A stretch of DNA of 64,000 nt from a virus (Duplodnaviria; Caudoviricetes): IMG/VR virus record IMGVR_UViG_3300033148_005058, positions 1,187 to 65,186 of that record. One strand, given 5' to 3'. Below are positions 10,901 through 20,428 of the stretch, piece by piece. The position numbers were made by a program, and so were the translations under genes. The notes beneath the pieces were generated by a model. That model saw nothing but the letters and a program-made list of their open reading frames with translations. It searched no databases and was not told the origin of the DNA. Numbering within the stretch: the stretch's first letter is position 1; the number at the start of each line of letters is the position of its first letter.

Positions 10901-11060
10901 TTTGGAAGCAGCCAGCACCCGTTACGGATTGGCCTGGGAAGATAAGCGATTTTTTGTTACAGGTATCCATCATGAGGTTGACTTTGAAACGGGCCTTCTG
11001 AGCACCGAGCTCCAACTGGAAGCCTTTGCTACCCTTAGACGGCCTGACAAGGGAACATAA
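7965..11060 (+). CDS. Tail tip/hub protein with an N-terminal 5-repeat beta-propeller and a PKD-like domain
   Basis: 1031 aa. HxGFSSS..P.GI.W repeats, GALTFAG repeats, Pro-rich linkers, a PKD-like WDAPGVYRV segment and a hub-like C-terminus. Confidence 0.6.
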   Translation: MAYNILVQGGYPRWVFRMSGFSTTILQSFALASVKGLDWDGTYLYCAYSYGATDKIIRYNGFSSSINSSVNAPSSSPNGVAWTSNNILSSDRMNQTLYQHNGFSSSLLDYIAAPGAIPAGIDAADTNTLSVDSNVSSPKHFRHYLFSTSIIDSYTTPGPFPTGISWHGNNVISADMENDLVYEHIGFSSSIAGSFLYPGSRDYNGPAGVCTEPTGPPVNPDPFEGALTFAGALFGKKTRYATLEGTLTFVGDAGNTYPWNPGKPWDPGDPGYDPSDPDKPQSKGGTTWYRYPLGTMSFYGLFGSDETGFKKELEGTLRLYGVLGTRRSDYTPSPPPPDWPPDPPHPPESGITFRRSRRGYLSFVGELDSEQQWPRGKFDKGTITDTFTITDTPISGGPSGRIALSREHPHRGKYYLAVHNPKKLFWGEVDSVTPDVDGTEIKYINSGGDRTACYHGITVKVYTSAGVYKGKVRLRPGMDDTTLPVAEQDDLDWAVGDLFEIYDVFELWSKFPRVIVDPGDPEALIWYRDWDITPADAAMPMQTAHTRCVPIIGPPTCAFLEDGTASVYFTAKDSYNINPLTPPAWWYWRFWDNSVLGWDSSVLETPGYFTWDAPGVYRVDCQVETGIPTWLMYPAFRYIHIFERTGENAPYTNFKVENLSGSVAEGGWVAEFEVYTDSPIADFPEGAQVILFAEEELGGFDFGSEEPLDYRSEVKYVGYIVAGSVSKEPGSRVVRFQTAGLQRLMKNRDNFSLALDYADITTADTWVKQDVLSPNYAFMNLLLWNSTLMSITDVFLPAYYYDTWPSISHKISEHLVKYQDFPRGTLWSQINALAKDVFAHIIVDRFGRVSIANDPQYTIEADMWADLPVPYTFGAEDWKAPLTLEFVDEPTTSVVCVEGVAYDGATATPVIGYYPGELPTYRGRVETRSGCVLASQDEAEFLAQRLFSKRNNTYPAVTFQCLGNYSFLDLVDFGGVQLSLEAASTRYGLAWEDKRFFVTGIHHEVDFETGLLSTELQLEAFATLRRPDKGT

Positions 11061-11062
11061 TT

Positions 11063-13006
11063 ATGCCTTCTTTAGTATCCCTAAAAGCTAGGGCAGCACG
11101 TAGTCTAGCAGCATTGTTTGACAATGTAGAGCCTGCGCATCGCTTTGTGCCTGGAACATTGGGAGATGCAATAGGAGTAGTGGATGTACCAGGCAGAACT
11201 GGCTATGCCTATGTTAGATTGCTTGGAGACCCCACTCGAACAGTACGAGCCCGCAATATGGGTGTTCCTTCTGTAGCAGATACTTCTGTTTGGGTGGAGA
11301 TAGTAAGAAGCCCAGGGGATAGGGTGGACTATCGCCTATCATTAGAAACAGATTGGGAACCCCCTGTGCCTGCTGCACACGACACACTCTCTGCTCAGCA
11401 CAGTGACACATTAGCGGCGGGAGTCTCACAAGGCTCAATCGTTGTAGGCAACGGTACTCCCAAGTGGGCAGAGCTTACAATTGGAGCTGCAGATCGCTAT
11501 TTAGGTTCAGACGGTACAGACGCGGCTTGGGCACAAGTGGATCATGCGCAACTGAGCGGCGTGACCTCTGATCAACATCATAACGCTATCACACTTCACG
11601 CAACGCTAGCGGCTAACTTGCTAGGCTTATCTACACAAGAGCTGACCCTAGACAACCAAGACGCCAATCTAATCTTTGCAGGGCCTAATGCCGGAGGGAC
11701 TGCTGCACCTACATTCCGGTCATTGGTTGCTGCCGATATCCCTGCCCACGATATACTGTCTGCTCAGCATGGAGACACACTAGCTGCTGGTGTCTCGCGG
11801 GGGAGCATTATCGTTGGTAACGCAACACCTAAATGGGCGGAATTGACCATTGGAGCTGCAAATACACATCTTGAATCAGATGGTGCAGACATTGCCTGGC
11901 AAGCTAATATCACAATGGCGGATGGAGCTACTATTGGGCAAGCTGCTGGGCCGCTAATTGCATTTGATGACACGAATAACTACCTGGAGATCACAGGCTG
12001 TAACGTCGGCATTGGGACAACGAGGCCGATTACCCTACTACATCTATACGGAGGAGCTGGAGGAGGAGCAACTGCTTGGGTTAATGCTGAATTGGTGATA
12101 GAAGATAATAGTGATGTTGCAATTGAATTAATCTCACCGTCTACATCAAGTGGACAAATTAGATTTTCAGACAATGTAAGCGCTACTGGTTTAATAGCTT
12201 ATCGTCATGGAACTAGTCCATTTATGGACTTTTGGGTAGATGGAACGGAAAAAGTCAGAATTGATGGAAACGGCAACGTCGGCATCGGTGTTACAGATCC
12301 AGATACTAAGTTAGAAGTCTTTGGTTCTACCGGATTAAAGATAAGTTTTGATGCTACAGACAATACTACTTTGGTAACAGATACTAATGGGGATTTAACT
12401 ATTACTCCTAGTGGAGATATGCTCTATCTGGCAGGGAAACTCAATCTTGCGTCAGAAGCTCTACTAGGTTCGCCAGAAGCAGGTACACTTGAGTTTTACA
12501 ATAATAAGTTTTACATAACCAATGAAGCAACGCAAAAAGCAATAGATAGAACTTCCGATGTTGCGATAGAAACGGTAACAGTAACCAATACAACCGTAGA
12601 AACTACACTTTGGACTGCTGAGATGGCGGCAAACAGCTTAGAAGTAGGTAATGTATTCAGGTTTTTAGCAGATGGCATTGTTTCAAGTGCTAGTGCTTCT
12701 GATACCGTCACCATAAGAGTAAGAGTAGGAGGAGATGTCAAAATGACCTTAGTAAGCGAAGCAAAAAAGTTAGAAGACGACCATTGGCATTTAGAAGCCA
12801 ATGCTACACAAAGGACATTAGGGGTATCTGGGAGTAGGGCAATGCACATGGATTTAGTAATTGGAGACTATTCAACTGAGATTATTGCGATTGGGACAAT
12901 AGATACTACAGCTAATATGGATGTTACAGTTACAGCTCAATGGAATGCAGCAAAGGCGGGGAATACGATAAGTTTATACCAGGGATTTATGGGTTTTAGG
13001 AACTAA
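11063..13006 (+). CDS. Tail fiber / receptor-binding protein
   Basis: 647 aa; two GNVGIG-type fiber motifs and an internal ~40-aa duplication (AHDxLSAQHxDTLAAGVS..PKWAELTIGAA). Confidence 0.75.
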   Translation: MPSLVSLKARAARSLAALFDNVEPAHRFVPGTLGDAIGVVDVPGRTGYAYVRLLGDPTRTVRARNMGVPSVADTSVWVEIVRSPGDRVDYRLSLETDWEPPVPAAHDTLSAQHSDTLAAGVSQGSIVVGNGTPKWAELTIGAADRYLGSDGTDAAWAQVDHAQLSGVTSDQHHNAITLHATLAANLLGLSTQELTLDNQDANLIFAGPNAGGTAAPTFRSLVAADIPAHDILSAQHGDTLAAGVSRGSIIVGNATPKWAELTIGAANTHLESDGADIAWQANITMADGATIGQAAGPLIAFDDTNNYLEITGCNVGIGTTRPITLLHLYGGAGGGATAWVNAELVIEDNSDVAIELISPSTSSGQIRFSDNVSATGLIAYRHGTSPFMDFWVDGTEKVRIDGNGNVGIGVTDPDTKLEVFGSTGLKISFDATDNTTLVTDTNGDLTITPSGDMLYLAGKLNLASEALLGSPEAGTLEFYNNKFYITNEATQKAIDRTSDVAIETVTVTNTTVETTLWTAEMAANSLEVGNVFRFLADGIVSSASASDTVTIRVRVGGDVKMTLVSEAKKLEDDHWHLEANATQRTLGVSGSRAMHMDLVIGDYSTEIIAIGTIDTTANMDVTVTAQWNAAKAGNTISLYQGFMGFRN

Positions 13007-13021
13007 GGAAGGGAAATAATT

Positions 13022-13252
13022 ATGGAAATCGACAAAAACGAAAAATACACTTACGAGTCAGATGAAACAAAAGATCCTAAAGACAGAGTGATAGTAAGAA
13101 CAGTTGATGTTCCAACGGAAGAGAGATTTACTATCAATGACCTGGAGGCTAAGATTCTGCGAATTGAGGCCCAAAAGGCTAGTCTTGATGAGGAGATAGC
13201 AAAAATCCAAGAGAAAATAGACGAAGCAACAGTGGCACTAATAACGAAATAA
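13022..13252 (+). CDS. Small coiled-coil protein (possible fiber chaperone)
   Basis: 76 aa with a C-terminal heptad pattern, RBS present. Confidence 0.5.
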   Translation: MEIDKNEKYTYESDETKDPKDRVIVRTVDVPTEERFTINDLEAKILRIEAQKASLDEEIAKIQEKIDEATVALITK

Positions 13253-13296
13253 GCCCGCTTTTAGCGGCATTACAATCAGACATAGGGGGACTAAAA

Positions 13297-13635
13297 GTGG
13301 AAGTCACGTTGACAGCAGGAGAATGGATTTCGATTGCGAATCTCTTTGATAGCGCTCCAGCACCAGTTAGCGCTCGTGCCAGACGCCGACAAGATCGGCT
13401 TTACGATCTGTTATGGGATTGGCGAGAGGAGTTAAAAACAGGTGATACGGATATAGACGTTATGCACGATTTGCCACAAAGTTATGTGCTATTGATGCGT
13501 GGCTACCTTGCTGATCGACCCGCAAGGAAGTATCATCAGGCCGGATGGAAACAGATTGTTCGGCCTTTATTGCTCAAATTGGGTTGGGAAGATTCAGATG
13601 CGGATATTGAAGACGAAGATGAAGATCTAATATAG
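13297..13635 (+). CDS. Hypothetical protein
   Basis: GGGGG RBS and GTG start; 112 aa with an acidic tail. Confidence 0.5.
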   Translation: MEVTLTAGEWISIANLFDSAPAPVSARARRRQDRLYDLLWDWREELKTGDTDIDVMHDLPQSYVLLMRGYLADRPARKYHQAGWKQIVRPLLLKLGWEDSDADIEDEDEDLI

Positions 13636-13655
13636 AGTATAATGGAGAGGCGTAA

Positions 13656-14603
13656 ATGAAACGCTCTTGGGCTATCTTCTGTGGAATCCTTCTGATCCTA
13701 ACGCTCTTTGGGGTTTGGCTCCTGGCCTGGTGGGATTTCTTTGAACCGCCTCAAACAATGGCAGTGCAGGCACAAGCACAAGTGAACACGCTCTGCGCAG
13801 TCAAGCTAGATCCCCCTGTGCCTGGCGTTCGCCTGTGTTGGCAAAATCGCTGCTGGACAACAGATACACAGGGGGGCTGGAAACATGGGATCACAGTAAA
13901 GGAGGGCCAGTGGTATGAGTTCGTTATCGAGAGTGGGGGGCCTATTCACTTTGTAGGAATAAAGGGTCCGAGCAACGCCGTCGTCGGCTTGGTGAATACT
14001 CACAGAGTGCGTTTCAAGTTCAACTCAACACCTAAGGCAGCTTCTGGTCCTTTTATACTTTATGTAGCTTCAGCAGACCCAACAGCAACTTTGGAGCCAA
14101 GTCCCACTTTGACGCCAACCGAGACTAAGCCACCTCCAACAGCAGGACCATCTCCAACAAATACAGTAATTGAGCCGCCGACACCCGATTGGCCCCCTGT
14201 GCCGCATCCACCAGCAACGCTGGATCCAAATGAGCGGCCACCGTGGCTACTGCTACGACAACTTGAGCAGCGCTGTCTGGAGGAGAAGCGCACAAACTTT
14301 CCGAACCTTGATGAAATCGAGGAGTATGCCATATACTGGGCTGCCACCACTCATCGGGGTCAGGTGGCTATATGGGTCAAAGGCTACAGCCCGCTAGGAG
14401 CCAAGAACTGGTTTATCCCTGCGGGGATGCCGGAGACAGGCGTCTTTCATATGCAGTATGAAGGGGATTCGGTGGAGTGTATGGCGTTCTCCAACTTGTT
14501 CGTATTCGAGATTAAGTCCAGCGGGCGAATCTTCGTAGCTCAGTGGGGCGGATATATTCTTGCAGAATGCTATCCAGGGACGGCTTGGGAGGTGCCTAAG
14601 TGA
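13656..14603 (+). CDS. Membrane-anchored protein with a Pro/Thr-rich linker
   Basis: N-terminal transmembrane helix and PTATLEPSPTLTPT linker; overlaps the putative lysin start. Confidence 0.6.
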   Translation: MKRSWAIFCGILLILTLFGVWLLAWWDFFEPPQTMAVQAQAQVNTLCAVKLDPPVPGVRLCWQNRCWTTDTQGGWKHGITVKEGQWYEFVIESGGPIHFVGIKGPSNAVVGLVNTHRVRFKFNSTPKAASGPFILYVASADPTATLEPSPTLTPTETKPPPTAGPSPTNTVIEPPTPDWPPVPHPPATLDPNERPPWLLLRQLEQRCLEEKRTNFPNLDEIEEYAIYWAATTHRGQVAIWVKGYSPLGAKNWFIPAGMPETGVFHMQYEGDSVECMAFSNLFVFEIKSSGRIFVAQWGGYILAECYPGTAWEVPK

Positions 14604-15613
14604 GTAATAGTAAGCTAGCTTTTCAGGCGCAGCAATTCCAAGGGTGGATGAAAACTGTGTTCTTGTCTAGCGGAGCAGAATGGTGCCTTCTGATCGAAGC
14701 GCCTGAAGAGGATCCGTTCGATGGAAACTTGAACGTTTTGGCTAGAGCTCCCTTGCCTGGCGGAGACAGTGAGGAATTTCAGTACATCCTAAAGGGGCGG
14801 CGAGGCGCTGAGGAGTATTTTGAACGTCTAGTAGGGACCTACAATGCCAGGCGGTATGTGAAAGTCTGGCAGGGGCCGAATGAGTCTCCCGTAGGAGAGC
14901 ATACTTTCCGGCTAATGCTTGTAGAATTTACAATTCGATGGACTGAATTGATGCACAAACATGGACTGCAATGTGGCGTAGGGGCTTTCAGTGTTGGCTG
15001 GCCCCATAATGATCCTTCCCATGTTGCTGAATTAGCTCCGATGTTTCTAGACGCTAATTACATTATTGCCCATGAGTATAGTGCTCCAACAATGATGGAT
15101 CGAGCTGGCTATCATTGTTTACGTTATCGGTGGCTGTATGATACGATCAAATCAGTAGCGGGTTTTGATCCTCCTCCGTTGTTGCTAGGAGAAATAGGAA
15201 TAGACGGTGGAGTCGCCCCTATCCACAAAGCTAGAACAGGCTGGAAAACATATTGCCATGGAGATTTTGGGCAATATATAGAGCAACTTAAATGGTATGA
15301 CAGTGAACTTCAAAAAGATCCTTATGTGATTGCAGGATTCATATTTGTTTCAGGGGCTCGGCAGTTGTGGCTTGATTATAACATAGCAGAAGCAAATGCT
15401 ATTGAGCTGGCAAAATATATAAAAGGAACACATCCAGAGCCCCTACCAGAAAATGAGCGGGGAACCCTGCCCTACCTAATTGAAAAATTGCGTTGGTGGC
15501 TCGAAGAAATGCAGCGGGCGTATGAGCAAAAAGACTTAGGTCGTGCAAACAGGCTTCGTTTGTCTATAATTAAATTAGCCTATTATGCTGAAACTGTAGC
15601 AAAGGAGCTTTAA
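14600..15613 (+). CDS. Putative endolysin (TIM-barrel glycoside hydrolase-like)
   Basis: GPNE, HEY, GEIGIDGG and YDSELQKDPYV motifs; lies upstream of two membrane proteins. Confidence 0.55.
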   Translation: MSNSKLAFQAQQFQGWMKTVFLSSGAEWCLLIEAPEEDPFDGNLNVLARAPLPGGDSEEFQYILKGRRGAEEYFERLVGTYNARRYVKVWQGPNESPVGEHTFRLMLVEFTIRWTELMHKHGLQCGVGAFSVGWPHNDPSHVAELAPMFLDANYIIAHEYSAPTMMDRAGYHCLRYRWLYDTIKSVAGFDPPPLLLGEIGIDGGVAPIHKARTGWKTYCHGDFGQYIEQLKWYDSELQKDPYVIAGFIFVSGARQLWLDYNIAEANAIELAKYIKGTHPEPLPENERGTLPYLIEKLRWWLEEMQRAYEQKDLGRANRLRLSIIKLAYYAETVAKEL

Positions 15614-15617
15614 TATC

Positions 15618-16019
15618 ATGGCAGACTCAGATCCGCTTCGCATTAGCAATGGTGCTCATGGTACAAAACTGATTATCAAAACAGCAATGCACGTAGAGCA
15701 TATCCTAACGTCTCTGAAGGAACTGCGGACGCAAAGTAGGGAGGATCATGATTTGCTGATACGCTTGGAACAATCCTATATTACACAGGCGGAACAATGG
15801 GACGAGATCAAACTACGCCTCGGCTCAAGAGCTGGCAATGAAGAATTGCAACGAGCTTTTGAAGCGATAGCAGAGCTTACAAAGTTGGTTAAAACAAATA
15901 CTGAGAGTATACAAGATAACCGCAAAACAATTTGGAAGTATGTGGCAACAGCGTCTGGCAGCGTGGTAGGCGTTACTGCCGTTGTTGCCAAAATTGGAAG
16001 TGCAGTTGGTTGGTGGTAG
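15618..16019 (+). CDS. Coiled-coil protein with C-terminal TM helix (holin/XhlA-like)
   Basis: Coiled coil followed by a hydrophobic C-terminus, in the lysis module. Confidence 0.5.
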   Translation: MADSDPLRISNGAHGTKLIIKTAMHVEHILTSLKELRTQSREDHDLLIRLEQSYITQAEQWDEIKLRLGSRAGNEELQRAFEAIAELTKLVKTNTESIQDNRKTIWKYVATASGSVVGVTAVVAKIGSAVGWW

Positions 16020-16052
16020 AGGGGGACTGTTAGTATAGATAGGAGGATTGAG

Positions 16053-16328
16053 ATGGAAGACTTTATGGTGTTTGGCGTTGCAGGGTCTCTAGTCGTAAAA
16101 CGAGTTGTGAACTGGCTAAAGAGGCTTGGGTTGTCTACAACTAAGGCGCTCTTTGCGGCGTTCATCGTTGCTATTGTACTTCTAGGCTGCAATGAGCTTG
16201 CTGCAATGTATCCTGCATTTCTAGTCTGGTATGAGCGTGTGTGGAACGTTCTGTTCTATGCACTCGTCGCGGCAGAGATCTACGACACTCAAAAAGGTGT
16301 CGGAGTAACGGGATATAAATGGTGGTAG
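16053..16328 (+). CDS. Putative holin
   Basis: 91 aa with 2-3 TM segments, strong AGGAGG RBS; last gene of the late operon. Confidence 0.6.
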   Translation: MEDFMVFGVAGSLVVKRVVNWLKRLGLSTTKALFAAFIVAIVLLGCNELAAMYPAFLVWYERVWNVLFYALVAAEIYDTQKGVGVTGYKWW

Positions 16329-16334
16329 GAGTAC

Positions 16335-16431
16335 GCAGGGTTTACCAAACCCTGTTTGCTTGCGGTAAGATAAAGTCCCCCCATCTTGCCGCGTAAGAGA
16401 GGGGAGAGTTATGAGCTCTCTCCTTTCTTCG
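16335..16431. terminator. Hairpins between convergent late and replication operons (likely bidirectional terminator)
   Basis: CAGGGTTT-acc-AAACCCTG and an imperfect GGGGAGAG..CTCTCTCC stem between convergent stop codons. Confidence 0.55.
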
Positions 16432-16432
16432 A

Positions 16433-18091
16433 TTAAAGAAATGATAGTGAATCTTGTAAATTCTCAAAAAACTGCCCCCTAAGAATTGTCTCAACCATGG
16501 TGCTTTTTGATGAGACAATTTTCTCTACCAAATCATCTACTGTATGAGGGCAATGCAGTGATGTTATCAGGCATTGATGCTCTTGCCCAAAACGGTCAAC
16601 CCGTCCAATAGCTTGCTGTTGCACTGTATGGCTGTAATGCTTCTCTATAAAAACTACCTGATGTGAAGCTGTTAGTGTAATAGACTCACCTCCTGCTTGT
16701 ACAGTAGAAACAACGACCTGAATCTTGCTTGCCTGAAAATCTTCAACAACCTGATAACGTTCCTCTGGAGGTTGTCCTCCAAGGATAACCTCGCAAGTAA
16801 TGCCTATTTTATTAAGGCGTCGTTGTAGACAAAGCACCGTAGCTCTGAAGAGGGCAAAGAAGACAAACTGTTCCCCTGGTGCGTTTTCAACCAGGTCTAC
16901 AGCAGCATCTAGCTTAGATGAATAATCGTTTTTTTGTAGTGTAGCTGTGGTGCTGATGATTTGTCTCAGACGCACAATTTGTGCTCCCACATCAAAGACT
17001 TCTATTTCTTCGCCACTTTCTAGCGTAGCATACATTTTCTTTGCCATTGTTTTATACATCCGAGCCTGAGCAGGCTTAAGTTGCAAGGGGATAACTTTGT
17101 TCTGTGGAGGCAATGTGGAACGGTAACCCTCTTTATCTCTATGTAGGAGCACAGGGGCTATTTCTCTTTGCAATAATTCTACATTCCGAACTGGCTTAGC
17201 TCTGTTGATCTTTACATATCCATTCATATCCAAGTAGGAATTAACATACATACCGTAGAAGCGCCGGTATGAGGGATACTGCTTGGGATATAGCAAATGT
17301 AGCAGAGCCCACAAATCTGCGGGTTCGTTAGAGATAGGTGACGCTGTTAGCATTACAATCCGTTGAGTAAGAAGCCCATTAACATGCTTCCAAACTTGCG
17401 TTTTATGGTTTTTGAGACGATGCGCTTCATCTGCTACAACCCAATGCCAGACGTATTGCTGTAACTGGGGCATTAACCGGACCAACTCCCAGTTGATAAT
17501 TAGAAAGCCATTGATCTCTTTATAACGCTGCATGGTCTCTTGTCTGGTAGCTGCTTCAACTACGGTTCGATGTTGCCCTGGAAACCATTTTTCAACTTCA
17601 TCTTTCCACCACCATTTTGCAGAGTTAGTGCAGATGACTAAGATTCGTTGATGATTCTTAGATAGCTCAATTGCCTCAAGCACCTGTGCAGTTTTACCCA
17701 TACCTACGTCATCTGCAAGGATACAGCGCTTGTTTTTAAGAATGAAGTTTACACCAACTTGCTGAAAGGCTCTCAATCGCTTGTCTATTCCAGGCACTTG
17801 GATATTATCTAACTTGGTTAAGGCAACACTTTTCTGTTCTCGAACAAGAAGATCCTCATACCATGTTTGAACATCTGTACTAAGAAGCACGTTAGATGGG
17901 ATGTCTCGCAGTAATAATTCTAGCAGGCGTGGCTCTCTAGGCAACCATAGTATATCCTCGTCTAGTTTTGCACCTTGAAGGTATCTTAGGAAAAAGCCCA
18001 AGTGCTGTGGGATCTCGCCTGTTATCCTAAGTTTTAGAGAAGATCGGGGTGTAGGACGAGCCACCGAAATATAAACATCACTTTGAGGCAT
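16433..18091 (-). CDS. SNF2-family (SF2) helicase
   Basis: ILADDVGMGKT, DEAH, LTASP and QAIGRVDRFGQ motifs. Confidence 0.92.
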   Translation of the reverse strand: MPQSDVYISVARPTPRSSLKLRITGEIPQHLGFFLRYLQGAKLDEDILWLPREPRLLELLLRDIPSNVLLSTDVQTWYEDLLVREQKSVALTKLDNIQVPGIDKRLRAFQQVGVNFILKNKRCILADDVGMGKTAQVLEAIELSKNHQRILVICTNSAKWWWKDEVEKWFPGQHRTVVEAATRQETMQRYKEINGFLIINWELVRLMPQLQQYVWHWVVADEAHRLKNHKTQVWKHVNGLLTQRIVMLTASPISNEPADLWALLHLLYPKQYPSYRRFYGMYVNSYLDMNGYVKINRAKPVRNVELLQREIAPVLLHRDKEGYRSTLPPQNKVIPLQLKPAQARMYKTMAKKMYATLESGEEIEVFDVGAQIVRLRQIISTTATLQKNDYSSKLDAAVDLVENAPGEQFVFFALFRATVLCLQRRLNKIGITCEVILGGQPPEERYQVVEDFQASKIQVVVSTVQAGGESITLTASHQVVFIEKHYSHTVQQQAIGRVDRFGQEHQCLITSLHCPHTVDDLVEKIVSSKSTMVETILRGQFFENLQDSLSFL

Positions 18092-18500
18092 CTGATCTCT
18101 TCTCTCTATATCGCCTATAGGGTCTTGCCGCTCTTTGTTTGATTAAATAGCGTAGACCGTGTTTCATAGCGTCTTTAGCATGACGATCAAATCCCTCCAT
18201 CCGCGTGAGAGTTATACCTGTTCGTTGTGCAGGAGACTGTGCTATGCAAGCAAGTCCAGCGTCTTCTGCTAAATATTGGATAACTCCGATGACTTGCACT
18301 GCTGGAAAAGAACTTCCAATCTGATGTCGAGCTGCCCCAGCGCGCAGATTGAAAGATTCATAAAGCACAATATCGGGTGTGTACTTTAGTAAAAGACCTT
18401 TAACATAACTCCACATATGAAAAGAACCGCCTACAATGTTGCCATCAGCAAGGAAACACCATCCTGTTGTCTTGCCAGGGTCAAATACCAGTAGCCTCAT
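18078..18500 (-). CDS. RuvC-like Holliday junction resolvase
   Basis: LLVFDPGKTTGW, VLYESF and HAKDA RNase H-fold catalytic pattern. Confidence 0.75.
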   Translation of the reverse strand: MRLLVFDPGKTTGWCFLADGNIVGGSFHMWSYVKGLLLKYTPDIVLYESFNLRAGAARHQIGSSFPAVQVIGVIQYLAEDAGLACIAQSPAQRTGITLTRMEGFDRHAKDAMKHGLRYLIKQRAARPYRRYREKRSDASK

Positions 18501-18709
18501 TTCGCATCGAGATAAACATGGTTATGACGTGCTCGGATGGATGCTTCCTCGATTAGATATTTTGAAGCAACCGGTACAAGAATCTTCAAGGGATCCAGAA
18601 GCTCAACCTCCCTGTGCCTGCACCAACTATAGACAGTTGCAATGTGAATAGATAATAACCTAGCTGCCTCGTTTGGTGTAAGGTAATTTTTACCCTCATG
18701 CTTGAGCAT
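18497..18709 (-). CDS. HTH DNA-binding protein (excisionase/MerR-like)
   Basis: YLTPNEAARLLSIHIATVYSWC; start re-assigned to the ATG at 18709. Confidence 0.7.
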   Translation of the reverse strand: MLKHEGKNYLTPNEAARLLSIHIATVYSWCRHREVELLDPLKILVPVASKYLIEEASIRARHNHVYLDAK

Positions 18710-18711
18710 AA

Positions 18712-19083
18712 TTACTTCTCCTTCTCCATTGATGCCACCAGTTCTGCAATTGCAATGAGTGCTTCTTCGATTGTATGGTAACAATCTAAATAAATACTAT
18801 CTAAAGTTATCCACCAGAGTATTTGATTGCCTGGTGTATCTTTCATTCGTTGGATACCGACTTGTGGGGGTAGCTCGCGTATTGCTTTACCTATCGCGGC
18901 ATTGGGACGGAGGCGCTCGATCTCTGCAGTGAGTTCGTCAATATCGGTATTGTGAGTATGGGTAAGGCTCTCGGCATCTCCTGATGGAATAAAGAATCCC
19001 ACCACTCCCCCGAGGGCATTCCTAATGCGCTTTTCCCTAACAGTCGATATGCTTTTCTCTATTCGCCATCGCCTATCCACCAC
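18712..19083 (-). CDS. Hypothetical protein (LRPxAxxG paralog family)
   Basis: GGAGG RBS; shares ERLRPNAAIGKAIRELP with the ORFs at 20429 and 31674. Confidence 0.55.
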   Translation of the reverse strand: MVDRRWRIEKSISTVREKRIRNALGGVVGFFIPSGDAESLTHTHNTDIDELTAEIERLRPNAAIGKAIRELPPQVGIQRMKDTPGNQILWWITLDSIYLDCYHTIEEALIAIAELVASMEKEK

Positions 19084-19246
19084 AGGACACCTCCTCGATT
19101 CATTTGTCTACTCACACTGCTCCTCCTCTCATTGTAGAATGTACGGCTTCAAATCCTTCTTGGAGTAAGACATTGCCCACTTCAGCATCCACGCCTGCCG
19201 ATTGTATTGCCATCTATCAGACACTCTTGCTCAGCACGCGGCTGCA

Positions 19247-20392
19247 TTACCTCTCCCACCAGCTCTGGCGCTGCTCTTCCGCGACCTTACCCACCACGGT
19301 GATGTTGTCCACCTTCTCCACCATCCGCAGTGTTTCGGCGGGAAGACCGTAGAGCAAGTCCGGGCTATGTGTGGTGACGAAAAGTTGGGAACGCTCGCTA
19401 ATCTCCAGGAGCACATCACATAGGACGCCCAATGCTCTGGGATGGACAGTCAGTTCCGGTTCTTCAATGGCCAACAGAGAGCGCGGGGGGAATTGGTACA
19501 AAGCCGTGAGGAAACCGAGAAGTCGCAACGTGCCGTCGGACTCTTGGGTCAGCGGGAAGGCCGGCCCCCCTTGTCCGTGGTGTAGGCGGGTCACAAGGTA
19601 TCCCCCCACTTGAGCCACGGATATGTCGCTGATTCCCTCTACTGCTAGGGAAAGCGCATCGAGCAAAGCGTCAAAGGCCGGACGAGTCTGCTTTCCTCTC
19701 TTCATGCTTTTGAGGGCACTGGCCAGGTTCTGGGCGCGTTCGTCCAGGGGATAAGGGTTGGCAGGCTTTTGTGGTTCACGCAGGAGATTGGGATAAATGG
19801 TATAGAATCCCATATCGTGGATCAAGCGCTGGATGCTTCTTGCAAGGGGAGGAAAAGCCCGAGGCAGGAAGAGGATGAGTTGTTGCTCCGGGCCGACCAT
19901 TTCCCTTTTTTCCTTTTTCCTGTGCCTGTAGGATTCTTGCTCCGGATGTTGCTCGTCATAAGGCGGTTGTACCCAGCGTCCATTCTTGATCTCGTAGCCG
20001 AATGGCTTTCCCTCGCGCGTGCCGGCATATTCCTCCCACTTGACCTTGTACTCTCCTCGCCTGACGCTCCCTAGAGTGAAAGCATACCGCGCCTCGTCCC
20101 CACGAATACGGAAGCAGAGTTCGATGTATATGTCGTAAGGTCTCCCCTTAGATGACCACCGGCGCAGAGCGCTCATCCCGTGACGGTTGAGGATGGCGTT
20201 CTCCAATCCTAGCCTTAAAGTGTCACGCACAAAGCGCAGTACATCAATGATGTTGCTCTTGCCTGCACCGTTCGGCCCGACCAGTACCGTCAAAGGGCCA
20301 AAATCCAACGTCATCGTTTCGATACTGCGATAGTTTCTGACGTGAAGATGGGTGAGTATACTCCGCTCTCTTTTTTCTCGTTCCTCTTTCAT
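19247..20392 (-). CDS. ABC-type AAA ATPase (AAA_21/AbiEii-like), possibly C-terminally truncated
   Basis: VRNYRSI, Walker A GPNGAGKS, signature SDGT, Walker B AIEEPE, TTHSP. Confidence 0.85.
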   Translation of the reverse strand: MKEEREKRERSILTHLHVRNYRSIETMTLDFGPLTVLVGPNGAGKSNIIDVLRFVRDTLRLGLENAILNRHGMSALRRWSSKGRPYDIYIELCFRIRGDEARYAFTLGSVRRGEYKVKWEEYAGTREGKPFGYEIKNGRWVQPPYDEQHPEQESYRHRKKEKREMVGPEQQLILFLPRAFPPLARSIQRLIHDMGFYTIYPNLLREPQKPANPYPLDERAQNLASALKSMKRGKQTRPAFDALLDALSLAVEGISDISVAQVGGYLVTRLHHGQGGPAFPLTQESDGTLRLLGFLTALYQFPPRSLLAIEEPELTVHPRALGVLCDVLLEISERSQLFVTTHSPDLLYGLPAETLRMVEKVDNITVVGKVAEEQRQSWWER

Positions 20393-20428
20393 GAGCTACT
20401 CCTTTGCTCTTTGGGTCGCCCACCCCAA

